Below are positions 1 to 10,200 of a stretch of 64,000 nucleotides of DNA, piece after piece. The position numbers and the translations under genes were made by a program. This stretch comes from Candidatus Ruminimicrobiellum bubulum (GTDB lineage: Bacteria > Elusimicrobiota > Endomicrobiia > Endomicrobiales > Endomicrobiaceae): positions 12,585-76,584 of the forward strand of contig JAGCCP010000058.1 of NCBI GenBank assembly GCA_017651625.1, given 5' to 3'. The notes beneath the pieces are model-generated. The model saw nothing but the letters and a program-made list of their open reading frames with translations, did not search any database and was not told the origin of the DNA. Numbering within the stretch: position 1 is the first letter of the stretch; every line of letters begins with the position of its first letter.

Positions 1-4
1 TATT

Positions 5-733
5 TTGTCATCTTGCAATGTAAGCTTTCCCAAGGAAACGTTGGAACAAGATGCTGTTAAACTTGTAAAAGAAGAAACGCAAAAGGATGTTGTTGTTAAC
101 AGGTGTGGCGCTACATTGTATTTAGATGTTTGTTTTGAAGATCTTGTTACCGATGATTCCGAAAAAATTTCCGAAGTTTATGGAATTTTACAAAAAATAG
201 TTTCAACAATCGTAAGAATTCCGTTGAGTTCCGATGCAGATATAAAATTTGTTGTTGTATCCGCGTTTGATCCTAAATATCAAACGTTGTTAAGATTGTT
301 TGAAAATATTGATGATATAAAAAAATACGCTCACCAATACATTTCAAGAGAAGATTATTCCGAAAGGCAATTAATGGAATTAGAGGGCCCGGATAGAACA
401 AAAGAAATTGTAGAAAATAAATATGATATAACCGAAGAAGAATTTGTTGCAAGATTAATTGTTTCGCAGTTGAACAATTTGGCAAGAGTAAATCCTTTTT
501 TGGCAGCATTAATACAAGCTGTAGAATTAAGATTTTTAAGTGTTGAAAAAAACAGTTTTTATTTCGTTACTCCGAAAAAAATAGATAGTGATGAAGTTAA
601 AATTTTATTGGAAAAATTATTGGAGAGGGAAGTTATAAAAAATATACAAAAGTACAAGACTTTTTCCGTAAAATCGGCTATACTAAAAGATAGAGAAAAT
701 AATATTATTTTAAATATACCGGTTAAAGCATAG
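5..733 (+). CDS. Hypothetical protein, probably the 3' part of a gene that starts left of the window
   Basis: The open frame runs from the window edge and the track start is a TTG. I recognise no motif. Its stop lies 4 nt before the next ATG, which suggests translational coupling. Confidence 0.5.
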   Translation: MSSCNVSFPKETLEQDAVKLVKEETQKDVVVNRCGATLYLDVCFEDLVTDDSEKISEVYGILQKIVSTIVRIPLSSDADIKFVVVSAFDPKYQTLLRLFENIDDIKKYAHQYISREDYSERQLMELEGPDRTKEIVENKYDITEEEFVARLIVSQLNNLARVNPFLAALIQAVELRFLSVEKNSFYFVTPKKIDSDEVKILLEKLLEREVIKNIQKYKTFSVKSAILKDRENNIILNIPVKA

Positions 734-737
734 AATA

Positions 738-1166
738 ATGAAAAGAATAGCTTCTTTAATTATCGCTTTTTTGTTTGTTTTTAATTTGTTGCCCTCGGTT
801 TTTGCAATGCAACAGGAAACCGTTGATATAAGCGGTTTTGATGATTTTTCTATTGAACAAGTTCAAAAAACTTTTGCTAATACCTTATCTCAAGAACAAG
901 AAACCGATGATCAAGATACCGAAAAACAAATGTCATCTTTAAATGAAGTTTTGTGTAACACCCAGAATATTTCTTTTGTTAAACAAAATTCATCGTCCGA
1001 TAATTTGTTTTTTGAAAACAAAAGTTACGCTTTGAATTACCTCTATCAGTATAAGCTGTTTGAAAGAGGTCTTTGTTTGAACGGTATTAGTGAGTATAAA
1101 ATGAATTTTAATTCGTATATAGCTACGGCTTTATTTGATATTTACGGAGTAGTATTTTATATATGA
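738..1166 (+). CDS. Small secreted hypothetical protein (142 aa)
   Basis: N-terminus MKRIASLIIAFLFVFNLLPSVFA/MQ looks like a Sec signal peptide. The mature part is acidic and Q/S-rich with no recognisable domain. Confidence 0.55.
   Translation: MKRIASLIIAFLFVFNLLPSVFAMQQETVDISGFDDFSIEQVQKTFANTLSQEQETDDQDTEKQMSSLNEVLCNTQNISFVKQNSSSDNLFFENKSYALNYLYQYKLFERGLCLNGISEYKMNFNSYIATALFDIYGVVFYI
1135..1163 (+). promoter_or_regulatory. Sigma70-like promoter candidate (TTGATA-17 nt-TATATA) inside the 3' end of the preceding ORF
   Basis: -35 TTGATA at 1135-1140, a 17-nt spacer, and -10 TATATA at 1158-1163. This would start the transcript at the base of the hairpin at 1171. Confidence 0.3.
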
Positions 1167-1170
1167 TTAA

Positions 1171-1201
1171 AAGACTGACATTCTATGTCAGTCTTTTTTT
1201 T
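1171..1201 (+). terminator. Rho-independent terminator-like hairpin
   Basis: Perfect 10-11 bp stem AAGACTGACA(T)/(A)TGTCAGTCTT with a 3-5 nt loop, followed by a T run at 1196-1201. It sits immediately after the stop at 1166. Confidence 0.7.
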
Positions 1202-1213
1202 ATGGAGATAAAA

Positions 1214-4200
1214 ATGAATAAATTAAAAAAATTGTTGACTGTAGCAATTTCATTTTCTTTACTGATTACAACAATACCTATAAATTCTTTTGCCGCTTCA
1301 TATCCGGTATTGCCACAATATGAATTTAGTAATTTTGCAAAAATAACATCGGCAAATTTTTGTGAAAACAGCGATACAACAATTATCAATATTCAAGATT
1401 TGCACAATAACAAGGAAGTTCAAGATAATATTTGTAAGTTATTGGAAAAATTAAATTCTCAATGCGAAAATTTAGATGTATACATAGAGGGAGCAAGTGT
1501 TCCTATAGACTATAATCAACTTTCTGCTTCAATTTCAAACGAAGAATTATCTGTCTTAATGAATGCTTTGTATTCAAAAGATAAACTTTCGGGTGCGGAA
1601 TTTTTCGGATATAAAAATAACAAAATATTAAAACCTACGGAACAGAAAAATATTTACGATGAAAATATACAAAACTATTCTTTTTTAATAAAAAACAAGC
1701 AAAAAATAAACGAATTATTGGATAATAAATATATTGAAATAAGAAAGTTAGATGATTATTTGGAAAAAGAACAAAGAAAGACTTTAAAATTTTACAATGC
1801 TTATTTAAATAAGAAAATATCTTCGGAACAATTTTACGGAAAGATTCTTCAGGAATTAAATGAAAGAAAAATTTCAACATTGAGATATATAAATACAAAA
1901 TTATATATTGATGTTTTAAATGCAAGCAGAACTATAAATCAAAAAGCTGCGGAAAGGCAACTGCAAACAGTTGTTTCTAATTTAAAAAATACAATCACAT
2001 ATCAGGAATATGTTAACCTTTTACAAGATTCAAAAAATCTGTCGGACATAAATGTTATTTTTGCTTACTTGTCTGCAAATGTTAAAGATGTCGATAAAGT
2101 TACAAAATATCCGGATTTGTTTAAATTAATAAGTTTAAGAGAATTATCTTCTTTAATAAACCCTTTGGAGTTGGTTGAGGAAGAAAATCAAATGATGGAA
2201 GATATTTTACTTTCTTACAGTAAAACTTCCGAAAATAAAGATATAGTGTTTATCAATTTGTTCTTTCAAATATATAAAAAATTATTGTTGGCAAGTATAT
2301 CTTCATATGAATACATTTATTATAAACAGAATTATAACAGGTTTGTTGAATTATATACAAAATACTTAAGCAACGATATTTTCGATTTATATACATATCT
2401 TGTTGTTGCGGAAAATTTTAATGAATTAAATCTTGAAAGAAATATTTCTTTTGTGAATAATCTTGTTCCTAACAATAAAACTGTTGAAGAAGATAACAAT
2501 TACAGAGGAAGATTTTATAATATTAATAAAATTTTATCGAACTTAAACAAAACAAAAAATATTAAAGTTATAATTTCCGGAGGATTTCATACCGAAGGTA
2601 TAAACGAATTATTAAGAAATAAAAGGGTTTCTTTTATTACACTTACACCTAATGTTAAAGAAACTGATTCTATGTACGAACAGAATTATTTGGATAGTAT
2701 CGTAAAACAAGCAGAAGCTGACATAAATGCTATATCAAAGAAACCTTTCTCCGAACAAACACGTAGGACTATAGCAGAAGATATTATTTCTTCTTTAAGC
2801 TCTGTACTGGAACAATTGAATACCAAAAACGATATAACTAACGAACAGGTTGAACAAATTAATGAACTTATCAATGATGTCATTTCGGCGTATGAAATAG
2901 GTGATATTGTTCAATTTGATGCCAATAATAACGGGACTGCAACCATAACCATCGATGGTAAAATTTATACTTTGAATTACAGAAATGCCACAGTAAAGAC
3001 CGGAGATAACTTTGCTACGGCTCTTGCTAAAAATATCAAGATATTGATAAAGGAAGCTTTTAAGAACCCTTCTATAAGGTCATTCTTGGTTGTCAATGAA
3101 CAGGACAAGAGATTAACAAAGCCTGTTTCAAGAGAATATGTAAGATTGGCAGAACAACTTTTAATGGAACATAATATATTGCTTCCTAGGATTACAAATT
3201 ATGTTTTAGAAAAGATTTTCTTGAATCATGATGTAAGCAGAGATATTAATGAATATAAAGTCATAAACTCAGCATTAAAAAGTGCTACTCAAAGTGAATT
3301 TGCTAATGCGGAAATAATTATAAGTAAGACCGGAAGTCTTTTCGGAGTTACACCGGACGGTTACGGAAAAACAGAGGAATATGGTTCTTTGTTTTATGTT
3401 GTTTGGGGTAAAAATGTCGAAGGAAATTACGAAGCAAGCAGAATATTAATATCGGATGTATTCCTTAAGTATTTAGAGGGACATGGTTATTCCCAAAAAG
3501 GACTAACAGAAATATTTGAAAATATATTTATTCATGAAAGATTGGAAATGCTTGCACTTACCGGACAAAGTGAAAGTTTTAATAAATATATTTTATCGCA
3601 TAAAATTTCTGCTACATCTGATGCTTTTCATAAATATATAAAGTCGACTTCATTTAAAGGTATGCTTAAAGAGTATAAAATGGATGATGATAATTTTGAA
3701 AGACAACAGGATCTTTTAGATATGTTGGATGAACTTATATCATCTGTTAATAGAGAAAATTCAGAATATTCCAATGTTATTTCTGTTTCTTCTCTTGAAG
3801 AAGAAAAGGAAGAATATCCGAGAGATGTTGTTTTGGATTTCTTATCAATAAGAGCCGGAGATAAAGAACGGATTGCAAAGTATAACGAGAAGTTGATAGA
3901 AAAAATTGTTTCTTTATTGGGAAATTTAATTTCTCCGGTATCTGACAAAGATAAAGATGAAGAACAGCTTACTGATTTGATAAGCAATATAAATAGTATA
4001 ACAATTGCTTACAGAAAAGAAAGTAAATATATTATGGATGTGAATTTTGCCGAAGAAATAAAAAATGCATTGATTGAAAAATTTGACATTCCTTTAGAAA
4101 GAATTAACGAAGTATCAATAAATATGTGTGAATTGGAAGAAAAAGGCGATGAATTCGCTTTTTCTGAAGATGTTGACGGTAAAATGGTTTTTGTTGTTGA

Positions 4201-7200
4201 TGATATAATATCTAGAAGAAGTAATACATTTAACAAAATTTACACTGCTTTAAATGAGCAAAGTCCTGTTCGTGTTCAAGGAACAACTTTCTTTGATTTA
4301 TCAAAAGAACCTGCAGAAAAGAATGTTTTGTCCAATCAAGTATTCGAACAAATAAAACAAGAACCGCAAATATTAATTGATTTGATTGAAAAATTAGATG
4401 GAAAAACTCAAAAGTATCTTTCACTATATCTTGTAAAGTTATTTAATGATGATTCCGGGGAAGAAATATTAAAACAAATTCACGACCTGGATAAAACAGT
4501 AATTAATAATTTGATGACCGGCTTTATAAATATGTTGAAGAGTAATAATTTACCCAGAGATGTTAAACCTTATGACATAATAGATCTTATTCTTTTTATG
4601 GAATACGGAGAGAAAATTGATGTATTTAATTTGGATAAAAACGATATAGAAAATCTTGCATCAAAATACAATTTCAGAATAAAAAAAGATGTTGAAAATG
4701 CTCCGTTAGTGGCAAATTATGATGATTGGCAAGAAGATATAGAAAAGCTTATGGTTTATGCTTGTATGTTAGGGTATGAATATATAGATTTGTCTGGTAT
4801 AAGTAATATTAATCAAATAAACCAGAAAAGGAACTTGTCAAATAAAGAGATAATAGAAAACATTTGTAGTAAATTTAATATTTCATTTATGGATAAGAAG
4901 ACAAAATCAAAACGTAGTCATTTTGCAAAAGTGGAAAAGAAATATGAAACAGAAATAAAAGAACAAGAAAGAAAATTATCCGATGCAAGAGATTTCTTTG
5001 AAAGACGAATAAAAAAGATAGAAGAACAATTCGGAATAACAAACAATAGAAAATTATCGAAAAAAGAATACGAAGATTATTTACAACAAATTGATTTAGT
5101 AAGTTCTCAATATAGAACTATTGTTAGAGAAGTTATGCTTTCTGCAAGAGATATTACAGTTGATATATTAGGTAATAAGGGATTGAATATAGATAAAACT
5201 CTTTTTATGATAGTAGTGGGTGGTTCTTTGGTAAAAGGAAATATGATGTCAGACTCAGATATTTATTACGATATTATTGTCCCTGATGGAAGTATTTCAA
5301 AATCAATACATAATCGTTTTGCCCCTTTATATTCATCTATATTGCAACAAATAGGATTAACAAATTATCATGTATTGAAATATTCGTCCACAGACATTAC
5401 AAGAGCCAATATCGGTACTTTTATCGATGAAAAAGAAATAGCAACATTTTTAAATTATGCACCATTAAGCCAAGAAGATAGTAAGAAAAAAATGTATTTT
5501 GATTATATGATGGATTCTTTAAAGAAAACAGGGAGAGAGGATACAAAAGATAAATTGGGGTTAATCACCGAGAAATATTTTGCAATTTCAAGCGGAGGAA
5601 ACGGTTGGTTCGGTAATTCTTTCGAAATTGCGCACAACGAAACGGAATCTTTTTCGAACAGATGGACATTACTTGCTCTACAATCAAAATTAAATGAGAT
5701 AATGTTTAATTATTATGTAAATAATATTGACGATATTGATGTCCTTCCTATTTCAATTGAAGATCAAATTACATTTATAAAAAGAAAGATATCCAAAACA
5801 GACGAAGAAAAAAAAGCTTTGGATGATGTGTATAACGCATGGAAATTTTTGGCTTCTTGTAGATATATTAAAGATAATAATAAATGGACTGAATTTATAG
5901 ATTTAGAGAAACAAGCAATAGAAACAATAAATAGTTTTGTCGCTGAGGGAACAGATATTAAAGAAGATGAACAGTTAGAAAAAATAGATAGTCCTAAAAA
6001 GTTGTTATCGGTTATAGAGACTTTTTTTAATGATAATTATCCTTCTGAAAAAATTCGTATAAATAGTTATGATAAATATGCTCATTTAGATAAATGGAAA
6101 GAATATACTTCAAATGACAATAATCAAGATGTTCTTATAAGAGCTCAAATTATAGCATTGTTGATAGAAATAGATAGTCCTGAAATAAGAAGGAAATTAG
6201 GACAACTTGGTATACCAAAGGAAGATTTAAGTTTTATTTTTTCAAGCTTAGACTCAATAAAAACCATAGATCAAGATTTCCCAAATTACTATTTGATACA
6301 AGGGGAAAGATCCATGCAGAATTATTGGGATGGAGTTGCTGTTACCGCAAAAAATTCCGAAACGATGTTTGCGTTAATAGCGCATAAACTTACTACAGCA
6401 AATTTTATCGATATAAATGATTTTGACAGTGATGAAGAGTTTAATGAGGCTAAGAAAAATGCTGAAATATTATTGCATTCAGTTTATTTGCCGTTATCAA
6501 AAAGGTTTGGTAATCCTGCAATTTACGAATATGTCAGAAACGATTCTTTTGAATGTTCTCATCCTGCGGAATATTTGAATTTGTTGAATATAATTGAAAC
6601 ACTGTACGGAATACCGTATTCCGAACTTAGAGATTACAATAATAATTTGAGAGAGGTCATAACCAAATATTTAAAAGAGAGTGGTCTTGTTCCGGAAAAA
6701 GATTTTGAAATAAAAACAAGGGTAAAATCTTTATACAGCATATATGAAAAACTAAATTCAGCAAGGAAAAATGATGAAGATTTAAAAGCTCTTTCGGAAA
6801 CAGAAATGCTTGCTGCCAAGTATATACTAAATTCAAAAGATTCGTTGTTTAATGATATATTGCAAGGCGTTAATTACGATAAAATTCGTGATTTAGATGT
6901 CGTAAGACAAAAGATTCTTAAGTTAGTAGATGCAAAGTTTGATACATTATCTCTTGAAGATAAAAAACTTCTGAATGATTTTTTAGGTCAAATGAAAAAT
7001 GCGGTTTTTGCGAATTATCATATTGTAAATCGTATAAAAAAGACTATTGCAGATAATTTGTCTGAAAGTAAAGATGAAGCCGGTCAAGTAAACTTGGAAA
7101 CACTTGGAAATAAGTTAAAAGCATTAGATGGACAAGACAGATTTTTAAGCTTGTGGTTTTTAGATATGTTTGAAGAAGAATTAAGAGATCTTGTCGGACT

Positions 7201-10200
7201 TCATATCGTTGCAAAAGATGAGAAGTATAAAGATGTAGTTAACAGTTTGGAAAAAAATAGAGAGAAAACACCGGATAACCCGTATTCTGCACTAACTGAC
7301 TTTTTTCTTAAAACAAAAGATATGTTATTTCAATATTTTTATAAAGACTTGAATAATAAGCAAGCAAGATTAAAACTTAATGCGGCAATAAATTTGGAAA
7401 ATGGTGTTCCTATTCCTGTAGAAATTTGTTTTTATGAATTGACGGATTACAATGCCGAAACTTATGGCATATATAACCAAAAGAAAATATCCGCACCGCA
7501 CTATATATACAAAATGGGTAAAAATTTTGATGCATTATTATTTGAGCATATCTTTTCCAAGGAATTGGATTATACCTTTATAGACAAAACTCAACAAGAA
7601 AAGAAAAAAATGGTATTCTCTTCGGACGGCTTTGTTCCTGGTGATGATTTTGCCGAAAATTTTAGACATGTGTTAAGCAAAGACAATATTTCCGATACAA
7701 TAACTTGTTTTGTTGAATATGATGGCGCAATATATGTTCAAAAGTTGCATAAAGGTGCGACGATTTTTGACCTTGCAACCAGTAGACTTTTTTCTGATGA
7801 TATTAATGTTTCTGTTTATACCGATAGAGGGGATATGTTATCTTCAAATGTTATTTTAGATAATGCAAGAATATATAAAATAATTAAAGCCGGAGATTCT
7901 TCCGTTTCTCTTCCAAAAACAGATAGAAGTATTAAAACAACTAGAGGAGAAATTATATATCAAAGAGAAAAAGGTGAAAAAGAAAGTGACATTTCCGATT
8001 TCTTTAAAGCAGTAAAATCGGCAGGAGGCAATGTTCATACCGTTACGGATTTATTTCAAGAGTTTTTAACAAATGAAAAAATGAAAGAGATTTTAATCGA
8101 CGAAAAAAAAGGTTATTCGGAAAAAGCAAAAGCCATTTACAATGAACAGACAAAATCAAATAACATAATTTTACAAAATGAAAAATTAACAATAGATTTT
8201 ATAATGATTCTTTCTGATTTGATTTCAGAATATAATTTAGAAAATATACCGTTGTTATCTTTCATTAAAAGATCTACACAAATAGCAAATCATTATGATT
8301 TAGCTAATATGTTTGAATTATTTGAAGCTTTTGATTATGAAATAATAGATTTCAATGATATAGAACCATTTTATAACATGTGTGTCGTAATAAAAACAAA
8401 AATGGAGATATCTTCCGATCAACTTTATGAAATAATTTCAACCACAGGGTTAGATATAGTTTCGGTTTCATCTGACAGTTCGGAATATAACCTTATTATA
8501 AACAAAGAAAAATATTTTATAAACGGATTGGATTTGATTGAGTTTAAAAATGTTGAAACAATTTTGGGATTATTACAAAGTGGCGGTATAAAAGCATCCT
8601 ATGCTTTTGATAAAGACGATGAAAGAATTGATGAAGAAAAAGATACTGTTTTTGTTGCTGCGGATTTCGTTCAACCTAAACAGGAATTTCCATTAATGGC
8701 ATTGGGTAACAATATTGAACAATTGGTTCGTTATGCCATGGTACATCATAGCAGAGTGATAGATGTTATTCTTGAAGGTACGAAAAAATTTGCACAAATG
8801 TATGGAAATATGTCTAAAGTTGAAGAAGATAATGCTCCTTTGACAGATGAAGAAAGAGGCCTTTTTGCAAGAGTTTTAGTCGGCTTATTTGATCGTGATA
8901 GTTACACCGGATACGATGGACAAGAAGTATTGACTCAAGAAACTCCGTATTTGACACAAAAAGATGCTGCCGTTATGAAAGATATTGGTAACCTGAATTT
9001 TTCACCGCATTTAGGACTACTGGAAAAGTATCAAATAGATTTAGAAAAAATAAAAAGCAAATATTTAAATATGAGTTTAAAAATTTCAAGAAGTTTCGAT
9101 TTACAAGTCGAAAGTGAAGATATTTTTTCTTTTGCAACAATTTCTGTTGATGAAGAAACAGGGAGTCCTGTTCTTTATGTCAGTGAAGCTTTGTTAAAAG
9201 AAATAGCGAAATTAGATGAAAAAGACAGACAAGAATTATTAAAACAAGTTGTTTTACATGAAATAATAGAAAGAGAAATATTAGAGGCTGAAGAGAAAAA
9301 AGGAAATTCTGTAAACTATAAGGATATCCATGAATTATTCGAACAAGATAAGGAAGGACAAGGAAAATTGATGGAATTTTTGAAAAATACAGCAGTGCCA
9401 AACACATTACGAGTAAAAGAAGCTTTATTTGAAGAAATAGGAGCTTTACTCGAACAATCCGATACGGCAGAAACGGATGCGAGATCTACAATAGCTTTAA
9501 TGTTCGGTAATCTCAATATAGACTCTTTTATAAATACATATAGGGCATACAGAGATAAAAAAGTCGGAAGAATTTTTATTTCCGGTAACACAAGAGGATC
9601 TTTAGCTATTCTAAAAATTTTAAGAGATATAGAGAATCATCCCGAATTTAAGCCGTTTTTAGCAGGAATAGTTCAAGGTGGTGATATAAGTTCTGTTAGA
9701 ACGCTAAAAGATTTACTGTCTTTACCGAAAGAAGAATTTGATAAACTTACGCCTAAAGATTTGGAAACACTTCCCAAAAGGACATCGAAAGTATCTTATC
9801 TTAAGGAAGAAAAAACAGGGCCTATATCAAAAGAAGAGATATTTAATTTGGTATCTGAAGACGGTGTTACGGAAGCCGCTATTATTAAATGGATAATGTT
9901 GGAATCGGCAAGAAAAGATGGCTTAAGCAGAAGCGAAATAAACGATTTAATAAGGTCGATGTCTTTGGAAACGGATGCCGCAAATACATTACAAAATATA
10001 AAAAATATTTTCTCGCAACAGGAATTTATCGATTTCATTTCCGGACAGGATAACATAGATATTGTTGTTATTCAAAATCCGTTTTCTCAGTTAAGAGCAA
10101 AATCTACGCTCAATAAGTACCTGCATTCAAATGGAGATAATGGTGTTTTGCAGGGAAAGAAATTTAAAATACATACCATGAATTTCGATTATCATTCTTT

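Noticed and set aside
4187-4228. PRPP-binding-loop-like motif VFVVDDIISRRSNT in the giant protein, which could indicate a type I phosphoribosyltransferase domain
   Set aside because: The hydrophobic-DD part fits, but the following TG.T loop is replaced by RRSN, and I could not find the other PRTase elements nearby. The evidence is too weak to call without a profile search.
3533-9271. HERLE and HEIIE read as zinc-metalloprotease (zincin) active sites
   Set aside because: The zincin signature is HExxH. Both sites have Glu at the fifth position, and no downstream third-ligand motif was seen. This is kept only as an internal-repeat observation.
1183-10056. A dozen antisense ORFs of 60-119 aa inside the giant gene (for example 1183-1389, 1635-1925, 3628-3987, 9316-9591, 9796-10056)
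   Set aside because: All lie fully within the long sense frame. They have S/F/I/L/K-rich low-complexity translations typical of the reverse strand of AT-rich coding DNA, and none has an SD or a recognisable motif.
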